From: an uncultured Acidobacteriota bacterium
Lineage (GTDB): Bacteria > Acidobacteriota > Thermoanaerobaculia > UBA5066 > Gp7-AA6
Direction of reading: 5' to 3'
Length of the DNA: 64,000 nucleotides
Assembly (NCBI GenBank): GCA_963742245.1
Contig: CAVULG010000004.1
Span: 169,064-233,063, forward strand
Shown here one piece after another: positions 40,990-51,440 of this stretch (position 1 is the first letter of the stretch; each line of letters starts with the position of its first letter). The translations under genes and the position numbers were made by a program. Below the pieces are notes generated by a model, which saw only the letters and a list, made by a program, of their open reading frames with translations, was not told where the DNA came from and did not search any database.

Positions 40990-42078
40990 ACGGATCCCCG
41001 AGTCTCCGGCAGCTTCGCCGCTACGCGATCGCGCGCAGCCTCTTCGAGGCCACCAGTCTGCCGCGAGCCATCGCGCGTCTGGGATTCGTCCAGGCTGACC
41101 CGATGCGGGCGCCCGCGCGCGCCCAGGATCTGATCCTCGCGCAGCGCGTGAAGGGCTACCGCGCCGGCGATCTCGAGCGGCGGTACCCGCGCCTGGCGAT
41201 CGAGGAGGCCTATTTCGTCAACTACGGATTCCTCCCGCGCGCGACCCTGACCCTCCTGCATCCGCGCGCGGACCCGTTCGGCTGGAACGCCCGGATGCAG
41301 AAGCGCGCCGGGGAAGTGCTGGCCTTCGTGCGCGAGCGCGGGGACACCCACTCGAAGCACGTGCAGGCGCAGTTCAATTTCGGCCGCGTCCAGCGCTGGA
41401 ACGCCGGCCTGAGTGCCAGCACGCATCTGCTCGAGGGCCTGCAGCACTCCGGGAAGCTGCGCGTGGCGCGGCGCGAGGCCGGCACGCGGATCTACCAGGC
41501 GACCGAGAGTCCGCTGCAGGACGCGACCGCCGAGGCGCGAGTGCGCGCGCGCCGGAAGGTTGCTGGATATGGTCGTGAAGCTCTACGCGCCGCTGCCCGC
41601 GGCCAGCTTCGGTTATCTGAGCCGACTGCTGCGCCTCGGCGTGCCGGACATCGCCGCCGAGATGCGGCAGGTCCAGGTTGACGCCAGGACCCGATACGCC
41701 CATGCCGAGGTCGACGGCGTGCAGTGGCTCTGGCCGCGCGGCGAAAATCCCGCAGCCGCGCGGCACCGCCCCGACGGCCGGCTGCGCTTCCTCACGCCCT
41801 TCGATCCCGTCGTGTGGGATCGGCGCCGCTTCCGGTTGTTCTGGGGCTGGGAGTTCAAGATGGAGGCGTATCTGCCGGAACACCAGCGCCGCATGGGCCA
41901 CTACGCCATGCCGATGCTCTGGCGCGATCACGTCCTGGGCTGGGCCAACCTGAAGGTCGTCGATGGCCGGCTGAAACACCAGCTGGGGTTCGTCGGAGCG
42001 CGGCCGCGCGGACCGGACTTTCGGCGTGCGCTCGAGGAGGCGCTGCAACGGACGCGAGCGTTTCTGGAGTGTCGTTAG
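40990..42078 (+). CDS. YcaQ/AlkZ-like (HTH_42) DNA glycosylase; start codon not evident, frameshift near 41550
   Basis: LGFVQADP..APARAQDL (QxD), FLTPFDPVVWDRRRF..FWGW.F..EAY.P...R..GHYAMP. Confidence 0.8.
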
Positions 42079-42147
42079 ACAACGCGGCGGGCACCGCCGC
42101 CCCGACGCACCGTTGAATGCGCTGCGCTTTCGCTACACTGCTCCCGC

Positions 42148-42237
42148 GGAGGAGTGGCCGAGTGGTTTAAGGCGGCGGTCTTGAAAACCGCTGTACCGGA
42201 AACGGTACCGGGGGTTCAAATCCCTCCTCCTCCGCCA
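42148..42237 (+). tRNA. tRNA-Ser(TGA)
   Basis: GGAGGAGTGGCCGAGTGGTTTAAGGCGGCGGTCTTGAAAACCGC, variable arm GTACCGGAAACGGTAC, GGTTCAAATCCCTCCTCCTCCGCCA; TACACT -10 at 42134. Confidence 0.96.
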
Positions 42238-42284
42238 ACGCAAAGAGTCGTGCGATAGGCTCTTCGGCCAGTCAGGAGGCTCCG

Positions 42285-43055
42285 ATGACCGTCGCCGGGC
42301 ACAGGATCTTCACCCTCTTCGCCTTGTGTCTGTGTTTCCTTCTTTCGCCGGCTCGGGCCCAGACCGCCGGCGGGCTGCTGGAGAAGTCCGAAGAGGCTAC
42401 GGCCCAACCACAACGGCCCGACACATACGGGACACAATCGCAGACCATCGTGACTCTGAATGCGTGGGAGTTCGAGCCAATTGACTCGACAACGACCACG
42501 GGTTTCACAGGCAATTGGCAGCGGTATAAGACGGGTGGCGGCGACCATCTCTATGCGGGCATTCATCTGCCGTCCGGTGCCCTGGTCTCGTTTGTCGAGA
42601 TCACCGGCTGCGACGGCTTGACGAACACGGCGATAGGGGCTCACTTTCTCGTCTGCCCTGACCCGAACGGCACCTGTACCCCTGTCGGCCAGGCCGTATC
42701 GACGGTCGCCGGAGCGCCAGGGTGCGGCTATTTCACCTCACCTCAATTTGCGCATACGGTCGACAACCTGGCCAACACCTACTTCGTCGACATGATTCTC
42801 TCTGCAGCAGACCCCGCACTCTCGTTTCGAAACGTCCACATCTACTATCAACTGCAAGTGAGCCCCGACCCTCCCGGTCAGACGTTCGGGGACGTGCCGG
42901 TGGGACATCCGCAGCACCGATTCGTGGAGGCTCTCTACGCAGCAGGAATCACGGCCGGGTGTGCCGGGGGAAACTACTGTCCGGACGCTCCACTGACTCG
43001 CGGCCAGATGGCCGTCTTTCTGAGTCTGGCGCTCGGGTTGCACCATCCATTCTGA
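42285..43055 (+). CDS. Secreted S-layer-homology (SLH) domain protein
   Basis: AGGAGG RBS; signal peptide; C-terminal FGDVP..HP..RFVEAL..AGITAGC.GGNYCPDAPLTRGQMAVFL. Confidence 0.85.
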   Translation: MTVAGHRIFTLFALCLCFLLSPARAQTAGGLLEKSEEATAQPQRPDTYGTQSQTIVTLNAWEFEPIDSTTTTGFTGNWQRYKTGGGDHLYAGIHLPSGALVSFVEITGCDGLTNTAIGAHFLVCPDPNGTCTPVGQAVSTVAGAPGCGYFTSPQFAHTVDNLANTYFVDMILSAADPALSFRNVHIYYQLQVSPDPPGQTFGDVPVGHPQHRFVEALYAAGITAGCAGGNYCPDAPLTRGQMAVFLSLALGLHHPF

Positions 43056-43057
43056 AC

Positions 43058-44722
43058 CTACGGCGCCGCGGTGTTCCGACACAGATCCGCATCGACATCG
43101 TCGTCGTCCAGATCGAGGCGATGCACTTCGAATCCCGCCGCGCTGGCCAGGGCCGGGATGCGCTTCTCGAACTCCGCGCGTTTTTCGGGTGTGAGCTTCC
43201 GAACGTCCAGATAGATGTTCTGGTAGACCGCGAAGACGGTCTGGCACTCGCCTCCCGCCGGGTCCCAAGTCTGCGCCAGATCCGCATAGAGCGCCGGATC
43301 GAGGAAGTCGAGCTTCCACCACCGCCTGTGGACCACGACCTCCAGGCGCTCGCTTCCGAGGCTCACCGCGTAGCGCCGGACGAGCGCGTCCGCCGGATCG
43401 CTGCCCAGGTAGCGCCAGTCACGGCCGTAATACTCCATCATCAGCCCGACGACGCTGAACCGATCGAGATGCACGGTCCGCGCTCCGGCGAGGTGCTTGC
43501 GATAGATGCCCCGCTTGGCCTGCAGGATGTCGACCGGCGGTGTCACGTAGCCGCGCGCGTTCAAAGCAACGTCCGCCGCGATGGCCGCGACGGCGAGGAC
43601 GACGAGCGCCCGCCGCGCGTTCGGAGACCGCGACCGAATCAACCGGTCGAAGGCCACGAATCCGGCGAGCAGGGCGAACAGGAAGAGCAGGAACTGATGC
43701 CGCATCTCGCCGCCGAAGGGATAGCGGCTCGCCGCGCCGAGAATCGCCACGAGTGCGAGCAGGACGCTGAAGAGCAGGGCGGGGAGGAGCCTGCGCATCC
43801 TGCTCGATGAGGAGCTCCTCTCGGTGGCCGGCGCCCCGATGACGACTGCGACAAAGCCGGCGAGAACGGCGCCTGCCACGGCCGCGCGGCCGAGCGTCAC
43901 CGGCGCAAACATGTTCACGGTGTTCTTCATGCCGGCGGCGAGGTAGGCGCCGAGCGACCCGCCGACGGCGTCGAACGTTCCAATCAGCGGAATGCCTTTC
44001 CAGCGCCGGACGAGGAGGCCGTAGAGCGCCGCCCAGACGAGGGCAGGAACGGCGAGCATGACGAGATCCGCCTTCCACCGGTGCGGGAGCGCGCGGACCA
44101 GAGCGCGCCGGCGATCCGGCACCAGCAAGGCCGCGAGCAGGACGGCACCCGCCAGCGCGGCGAGATAGAGCGCCGTGAAGAAGTGCGAGAGGAGCGCGAG
44201 CGACGCGAACAGGGCGAATCCCACCCGGCTTTTCAGCGGAGGCGCGCCGTGGCCGTCGCCCTCGCCAGCGCCAACCAGGTCCAGCGCGCACAGGAAGGAC
44301 GCCAGAATGAAAACGACGGCGAGCGTGTACGACTCGACGGCCAGGGAAATGACCGTCGCCGTCTGGGCGCACGCGACCGTCAGCGCGCCGAGGAAGGCGA
44401 CGACCGGGAGCGTGCCGAGCTTCGACAGAACGCGCCCCACGAGAAACACAGAGACGACCCCCGCGAGAATCGGCACGGCCCGGTAGACGAGAAGCGAGTG
44501 GCCGAGCGCGTCGCACGCCTTCAGGAGAACGAGAAAGAGGGGCGGATGCGCCAGCGTCGCCCACTCGCGGGAGAGGTTCTTGGCGATGAAGACGTGCCAG
44601 GCGCCGTTGTGGTCGATGTCGAGGTGCGATCCGGAGAAGAGGCGCATGCCCAGGGCGACGGCGCACGCGACGAGAAGCCAGGCCGTCGGGGCCCGCTGCG
44701 ACTCTGCGGCCTTCGACTCCAC
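43058..44722 (-). CDS. Polytopic membrane protein, GT-C/ArnT-like glycosyltransferase
   Basis: HPPLF motif after the first TM, many TM helices, YPFGG..RH; GTG start with TACTAT 9 nt upstream. Confidence 0.6.
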   Translation of the reverse strand: MESKAAESQRAPTAWLLVACAVALGMRLFSGSHLDIDHNGAWHVFIAKNLSREWATLAHPPLFLVLLKACDALGHSLLVYRAVPILAGVVSVFLVGRVLSKLGTLPVVAFLGALTVACAQTATVISLAVESYTLAVVFILASFLCALDLVGAGEGDGHGAPPLKSRVGFALFASLALLSHFFTALYLAALAGAVLLAALLVPDRRRALVRALPHRWKADLVMLAVPALVWAALYGLLVRRWKGIPLIGTFDAVGGSLGAYLAAGMKNTVNMFAPVTLGRAAVAGAVLAGFVAVVIGAPATERSSSSSRMRRLLPALLFSVLLALVAILGAASRYPFGGEMRHQFLLFLFALLAGFVAFDRLIRSRSPNARRALVVLAVAAIAADVALNARGYVTPPVDILQAKRGIYRKHLAGARTVHLDRFSVVGLMMEYYGRDWRYLGSDPADALVRRYAVSLGSERLEVVVHRRWWKLDFLDPALYADLAQTWDPAGGECQTVFAVYQNIYLDVRKLTPEKRAEFEKRIPALASAAGFEVHRLDLDDDDVDADLCRNTAAP

Positions 44723-44773
44723 GTTCGATCGATAGTACCTTCTCGGCCGCCCGCGATACGCTCCCTCGCGCGC

Positions 44774-46180
44774 ATGACGTTCTTCGTCGTCTCGCTCCTG
44801 CTCGTCAACGGTCTCGCCGGCCTCGCCGCGCCACATCCGCCGTCGCCGCCCGCCTCGCTCGCCATCACCGGCGTCACGATCATCGACACCGCCGGCGGCC
44901 GCGCTCTGCCGGGCATGACCGTGGTCGTCGCCGGTGACCGCATCGTCGGCGTCGGCGAGAGCGCCCGCCTGGCTCCGCCGCCCTCCGCGCGCGTCGTCGA
45001 CGGCAAGGGCAAGTTCCTGATCCCCGGTCTCTGGGACATGCACATCCATGCATTCTTCGGCGACTGGGTGCCCGGCGGACGCGAGGTGACGCTCCCCCTC
45101 TTCATCGCCAACGGCGTGACGGGGGTGCGCGACATGGGCAGCGACCTCGAGCCGATCCTCGCGGCGCGGCGCGACGTCGCGAGCGGGCAGCTGCTCGGCC
45201 CGCGCATCGTCGTCTCGGGACCGATGCTCGACGGCCCGAAGACACAATTTCCGTCGGCCCTTCCGATCACGACCCCCGAGTCCGGCCGCGACGCGGTCGC
45301 GATGCTCCGCCGGCGCGGTGTCGATTTCATCAAGATCCAGTCCTACGTGCCGCGCGACGCCTACTTCGCGCTCGCGGAGTCGTGCCGCAAGCAGGGAGTC
45401 GTTTTCGCGGGCCACGTGCCCGACGCGATTCGCGCCTCCGAGGCGTCGGCGGCGGGCCAGCGCAGCTTCGAGCACCTCATCGGCGTCTTCGAGGGCAGCT
45501 CGTCCGCGGAGGACCTCTTTCTCGAGGGCAAGAAGGGGCCCGCGCGGTTCCTGGAGACCTTCGTTCCTTCGAAGGAGGCCTCCCTCGCGGCGCTGCTCGC
45601 GAAGAACCGGACGTGGCAGTGCCCCACGCTGTTCTGGGAACGCGGGCAGTGGCTGGTCGACGTCGTCGACGTTACGAAGGACCCCGACGTCCGCTACGCG
45701 CCGGAATCGTGGCGCACGAAGACCTGGCCCGAGTTCTCCAAGGGGATTCTCAAGGACCTCGCCACCGATCCTCTGCCCGTTCGCGAGAAGTTCGTCCAGC
45801 ACGAGCTCGAGATCGTCGCGCGGCTGTCCAGGGCCGGCGTTCCGTTCCTCGCGGGCACCGACACGCCCGCCGGAGTCGGCGTCGTTCCGGGCTTCAGCCT
45901 TCATCGCGAGCTCGAGCAGTTCGTCGCCGCCGGGTTCACGCCCCTCCAGGCGCTTCAGACGGCGACGCTCGAGCCGGCCCGCTATTTCGAGAGAACCGCC
46001 GACTTCGGAACGGTCGAGAAGGGCCGAATCGCCGACCTCGTGCTCCTCGACGCGGATCCGCTTGCGGACATCCGCAATACCCGCCGGATCGCCGCGGTCG
46101 TGGCGAACGGACGCCTGCACACGCGGGCGGACCTGGACCGCCTCCTCGCCGGCATCGAGGCGCGGTCCCGTACCCCGTAG
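44774..46180 (+). CDS. Amidohydrolase family protein
   Basis: VDGKGKFLIPGLWDMHIH, NGVTGVRDMG, LAGTD, GRIADLVLLDADP. Confidence 0.9.
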   Translation: MTFFVVSLLLVNGLAGLAAPHPPSPPASLAITGVTIIDTAGGRALPGMTVVVAGDRIVGVGESARLAPPPSARVVDGKGKFLIPGLWDMHIHAFFGDWVPGGREVTLPLFIANGVTGVRDMGSDLEPILAARRDVASGQLLGPRIVVSGPMLDGPKTQFPSALPITTPESGRDAVAMLRRRGVDFIKIQSYVPRDAYFALAESCRKQGVVFAGHVPDAIRASEASAAGQRSFEHLIGVFEGSSSAEDLFLEGKKGPARFLETFVPSKEASLAALLAKNRTWQCPTLFWERGQWLVDVVDVTKDPDVRYAPESWRTKTWPEFSKGILKDLATDPLPVREKFVQHELEIVARLSRAGVPFLAGTDTPAGVGVVPGFSLHRELEQFVAAGFTPLQALQTATLEPARYFERTADFGTVEKGRIADLVLLDADPLADIRNTRRIAAVVANGRLHTRADLDRLLAGIEARSRTP

Positions 46181-46213
46181 GGGATAAGATCCCGTCCAGG
46201 CTTCGCCCATTCC

Positions 46214-48846
46214 ATGGACTTGTTTTCGCGCCTGGGATGCCTGGGGCTCTTCCTGCTGGTCATTCCAGCTTGGGCCCTGCGCGAGAGCCTGCGCAGCCGG
46301 AAGCGCTCCGACGAGATTGCGGAACGGATCGTCGAGGTCGATCGGCGGCTGGATCTTCTCGAACGACGTCTCCTCGAGCTCAAGCGCGAGGGCCGCACCC
46401 CGGCGGAGGCGTCTTCCGTCGAGACCGTCCCCGAGCCGTCTCGACCGCCCGCTCCGCCTCCGGCTGCGCAGCCCGCTGCCCCGGTGGCCGCATCGTTCTC
46501 GCCGACGCCTCCGCCGCCGGCACCGCTGGTGCCTCCGCGTCCACCTTCCCCCTCACCGCCGCCACCTCCCCCGCCCCCGCCGACTCCTCAGTTCTCGGTC
46601 TCACCGCCCGAGCCCTCGAAGCCGTTCGACTGGGAGAACCTCATCAGCGTCCGCGCGTTCGCCTGGCTCGGCGGCGCGGCGCTCTTCCTCGGCGCGGCGC
46701 TCTTCCTCCAGTACGGAATCCAGCACGGCCTGATCTCGCCCGCCATGCGCGTGGCGATCGGGCTCGTCGCCGGCGCGGCCGCCCTGGTGTGGGGCGATTC
46801 CCTGCGCGCCCGCTCGATGTGGGCCGGTCAGGCCACCTCGGGCGCGGGCGTCGGGGTCCTCTACGCGTCGCTCTATGCGGCCCACGCCCTCTACGGGCTT
46901 CTCGGAACGACCGCGACGTTCGCCGCGATGGCGCTCGTCACGCTCGTGGCCGGCCTGCTCGCGGTGCGCCGCGACGCTCTGATTCTCGCCATACTCGGTC
47001 TCGTTGGCGGGTTCCTGACGCCGTTCCTCCTCTCGACGAAGGAGGACCATCCCTTCGGGCTTCTCGGCTACGTCCTGCTGCTCGATATTGGCGTGCTCGC
47101 TGTCGCTCGAAAACGCCGGTGGATGCACCTGCCGCTTCTCGCGCTTCTGGGCTCCGCGCTTCTCTACTCGGGCTGGGCATCCATGCACCTGACGGCGGTG
47201 AAGCTTCCATGGGCACTGGGCGCGGCGGCCGTCGTCGCGGCGCTCTTCGTTCTCGGGACGATTCGCGAGGCGCAGGCCGGACGGGTCATCGACTGGCCGT
47301 CCGCCACTCCGGTTCTGGCGGTGCTCGCGCCGTTTCTCGCGGTGCTGACGACCGCCGGCCGGCCGACGCTCGCGGTTTCGCCGGTCGTCCTCACGGGCTT
47401 CCTTCTCCTCCTCGGCGTGCAGACGTTTCTGGTCGCGCGCCGGCTCGAGGCCGCGGGCGTCGTGCCCCTCGCCGCCGCCACTTCGCTCTTCTGCCTCGCG
47501 CTCCGCATCGCGCCGGACCTCTTTCCCGCGCACCGGTCGTCGACACTCGCGCTCTTCACGCTCGTCTCGCTGGCCTACTTCGTGATGTGGCTCGTCAGCC
47601 GCGACTCGGTCGAGGCGCTGACGTATCGGATCGGCGCGGCCGTCGCGCTCTTCGGTTCGCTCGCCATCACCCTTCGCCTGCTCGTCCGTCGAGCCGGAGA
47701 CCCAGCCGATCCTGGGCCTCGGGATCTACGCTGCCATCCACGCGGCGGGCCTCCTCGCCATGGGCGCGCTCCTGCTGTCGGGCGCGTGGATTCTCGCGGC
47801 CCAGGGCTACCTGTTCGCGACGCTGCTCGCGCTCACGATGCGCTTCGAGGTCGGGCGCCTGCCGGAGTTCCTGCCGTTCCTCGCGATCCCCGCCGTCGTG
47901 TTCTGGATCCTGCCGTTCACCCACTCGCGGTTCCGAGCGGATCGCGCGGCCTGGATCTCGGCCGGCCTCGCGCCGATTCTCCAGTTCGCGGCGCTCTACG
48001 TGCTCGCGCGGACCGTCTGGAGCTCCGAGCGCCTCGGCTTCCTCTCCGTCCTCGTCGGCGCCCTGGCCCTGCTGGCCATGCGTCGCGCGTTGACGATGCA
48101 CGCGGAAGGCTCGGCGGAACGCCGGTTCACGGCGGCGCTCTTCGGCGGCGTCGCGCTTCTCTTCCTCACGGCCGCGATTCCGATCCTGCTCGACAAGCAG
48201 TGGATCACGGTCGCCTGGGCCCTCGAAGCCGCCGCGCTCGCCTGGCTCTCGACGCGGATCCGTGAGGACCGGTCTCGTCAAGGCCGCCGGCGCCCTCGCC
48301 GCGGCGGCGTTCGTCCGCCTCGTCGCCAACCCGGCGCTCTGGAGTTACCAGCCGCGGAGCGAAACGCCGATCTTCAACTGGTACCTCTACACGTTCGGCA
48401 TACCGGCCGTCGCGTTCCTCGCGGCCGCTCACTGGCTGCGCGACGATCCGGCGGCGAACCGCGTCCGGCTTCCCGGCGTCCTCCGCACCTTCGCGGGGAT
48501 CGTTCTCTTCGTGCTCTTGAACGTCGAGATCGCCGACTTCTATTCGACCGGGCCCACTCTCTCGTTCCGCCTGAGCGGCGGAGGGCTCGCGCAGGACATG
48601 ACCTACTCGCTGGCCTGGGGGATCTTCGCCCTGGTGCTCCTCTTCATCGGCATCGCCCGGCTCTCGAAACCGGTGCGGGCCGCGGCGCTCGCCGTCCTGC
48701 TCCTCACGATCGCCAAGGTTTTCCTGCACGATCTCTGGAATCTCGGCGCCCTCTACCGCGTCGGCTCGATCGTCGGCCTCGCCGTCGCTCTGCTCGCCGT
48801 TTCGTTCCTGACGCAGCGCTACGTGTTCGCGCGGGAGAAGTCATGA
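46214..48846 (+). CDS. DUF2339 membrane protein; apparent frameshifts near 47700 and 48265
   Basis: Pro-rich linker, DWENLISVR.FAWLGG, GGFLTP.LLST, WITVAWALE, C-terminal KVFLHDL..L..LYRVGS..GL. Confidence 0.85.
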
Positions 48847-50775
48847 GCGTGCTGGCGCTTCTGTCCGCAGCCGCGCTGGCGACGGCGACACCCGCAGCGC
48901 CCGCCGCGCCGTTCCGGTACACGCGGGCGATCGAAGCCCGTCCGGGCTGGACGCGCCTCGTCCTGCCCGACGACGTCCTCGACGCCACGCGTCCGGGCCT
49001 GCCCGACCTGCGGATTCTCGATGCCGGAGGCCGCGAAACGGCCTTCACGTTCGAATCGGGCCGCGCGGCCTCCCGGCGCCTCGCGATTCTCAACCGGGAG
49101 TCGGTCGAAGGCGTCGAAACCACGTTCGTCGTCGATCGCGGCCCGGAGCCCGGCTTCGCCGACGCCGTGACGTTCGAGCTCGCCGGCAGCGACTTCCTGA
49201 AGCCCGTGCGGATCCAGGCTTCGGACGACGGCGCCGCCTGGAAGGACGTCGCGAACGCCTCGATCTTCTCCGCCGGCGGCGCCCGCATGCTCACGCTCCG
49301 CATGCCGGCCACCAACCGCCGGTACTTGCGGTTCCGGCTCGACGACCGAAACGGCGCGCCCCTTCAACCCGGACCCGAGGCCGTTTTCATTCATGCCCGG
49401 CCCTCGTCCGTCTCGGGCGCGGCCGCAGAGGCGACGCCTGGCCTCCGACGGGCGGCCCACCGCCCTGTCGTCCCCCGAGAGCTCCGACGGTGAATCGCGC
49501 TACGCGGCGTCGCTTCCCGCGGCGAATCTGGCGGCGACGGCGATGCGCTTCCAGACGCGCACGCCCGCTTTCTCGCGCCCCGTCCGCGTCTACGAGCGGA
49601 TCCTCTTCCGAGACGAGGTCCATCGCCGCCTCATCGCCGAAGACCTCCTCACGCGAGCGGCCGGGAGCACGGCGGAGGTCGAGGTGCCCCTCTGCGGGGC
49701 GGCGGGCCGAAACCTGGAGATCGAAATCGACGATGGCGACGCACCCCCGCTCGAGGATCTCCGCGCGACGGTTCGCGTTTCCGACCGGGTCCTGCGCTTC
49801 CGGACACCCGACGACGGCGGGCTGCGGCTGGCCTACGGTTCGGCCGACGCGCGCTTCCCCCGCTACGACCTCGCGCGCGCCTTCGCGCAGGGCGCCCCCG
49901 ATGCGGCCTCCGCGACGCTCGGCCCCGTCCACGCGTCGTCTCCGCAGACCCGAGCCGCGCCCCCGCGGGCGCCCCTCGCGGATCCGGCCGGCTGGACCTC
50001 GCGCCGCGCCATCCGCCTGCCGGCGAGCGAAACGTCCGCCGGCGACACGGTCGCGTACCTCGAGCTCGACGCGCTTCCCCGCGGCCTCGCCGACCTCCGG
50101 ATCGTCGATGCCGAGAACCGGCAGGTGCCGTTCATCGTGGAGCCCGCCGCGCACGCGCACCGCGCGAAGGTCGGATTCGCGGCTTACACGGAGGGCCCGC
50201 GGACCCTCGTTCGGCTCGAGGGCCTTCCCGATCCTCCGCGCAACGTGGACACGATCGAGCTCGAGGCGTCCGCGCCCGAGTACTTCGTGCGCGAAGTGCG
50301 CGTCCTGGAGGAGGAGCGGGACGCGCGCGGACCGACCGGCACGCGGACGCTCGGAAGCGCGCGCTGGGAGCGCCGGCCGGGGTCCCGGGCCCCGCGTCTG
50401 CGCATTCCGATTGCGCGGCCGGCCGGAAACGCGGAAGCCCTCTCGATTGAAATCGACAACGGCGACAACGTCCCTCTGGCGCTGACCGAAGCCTGGATCT
50501 CGAGCCCCGTCGTGCGGATCGACTTCGTGTTCGAGCCGGAGGACCGGCTGTTTCTCCTCTCGGGCAACACGGAGGCTCGCCGCCCCTCGTACGACCTCGA
50601 CCTGCTCGCGCCCACGATCCTCGCCTCGCCGGCAGGCGCCGCCCGGCTCGAAGCGGCCGCGCCGGCGCCTCCCGCGCCCCGCAAGGGAATCGCTCCCTGG
50701 TTCTGGGCGGCGATTGCCGTGACCGTCGCACTGCTCCTCTTCCAGCTCGCCCGCACGCTCCGGCCGGGCGTTTGA
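48843..50775 (+). CDS. DUF3999-like protein; apparent frameshift near 49410-49470
   Basis: ATGA overlap with DUF2339; duplicated DLRI.D...R, IDDGDAPPL/IDNGDNVPL, P.YDL; C-terminal TM. Confidence 0.7.
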
Positions 50776-50824
50776 GAGAGTCCGCCGCAACATTTCGGTG
50801 AAGCCGCGTGTTTCACAGAGCGTC

Positions 50825-51379
50825 ATGAGCCCGACATCCTTCACCCTCTTCGAGACACCCGTCGGACACTGCGCCGTCGCGTGGGGCGCCCGCGGCATCG
50901 TCGGCATCTGGCTTCCGGAGGCTTCCGAGGGGGGGACGCGCGCCCGACTGCGGCGCAGATTGCCGGACGCGGCAGAAGCGGCGCCTCCCGCACCGGTCGC
51001 CGCGGCGATCGCGGGCATCGTCGCTCTTCTCTCTGGGGAGCGGCGCGACCTTTCGGACGTCGCCCTCGACTTCGACTTTGAGGGCGTGCCGGAATTCCAC
51101 CGGCGCGTCTACGCGATCGCGCGCGCGATCCCTCCGGGAGAAACGCTCACCTACGGCGAGATCGCGTCGCGCCTCGGCGATCCTGCGCAGGCGCGCGCCG
51201 TCGGCCAGGCGCTCGGCCAGAATCGGTTTCCGATCGTCATCCCGTGCCACCGCGTGCTCGCGGCGGGAGCCAAGTCCGGCGGCTTCTCGGCGCCGGGCGG
51301 CGTCGCGACGAAGCTGCGGCTCCTGGCGATCGAAGGCGCGCGCGCGAACGCGATCCCGACGCTCTTCGAGCTCGAGTAA
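50825..51379 (+). CDS. ogt: Methylated-DNA-protein-cysteine S-methyltransferase
   Basis: IPPGETLTYGEIA, ARAVGQALG.N, IPCHRV. Confidence 0.93.
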   Translation: MSPTSFTLFETPVGHCAVAWGARGIVGIWLPEASEGGTRARLRRRLPDAAEAAPPAPVAAAIAGIVALLSGERRDLSDVALDFDFEGVPEFHRRVYAIARAIPPGETLTYGEIASRLGDPAQARAVGQALGQNRFPIVIPCHRVLAAGAKSGGFSAPGGVATKLRLLAIEGARANAIPTLFELE

Positions 51380-51440
51380 CTCGGTCCCGCTGCCGCGCGG
51401 CGCGTCCCGGGAATCCCGACGCTACAATGCCGCCTGCCGC

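Noticed and set aside
31730-42237. Integrative island bounded by the two tRNA-Ser genes
   Set aside because: The tRNAs are different full-length isoacceptors in divergent orientation; no direct repeats or integrase
46430-46620. C-rich low-complexity tract
   Set aside because: Encodes the ordinary Pro-rich linker of DUF2339 proteins
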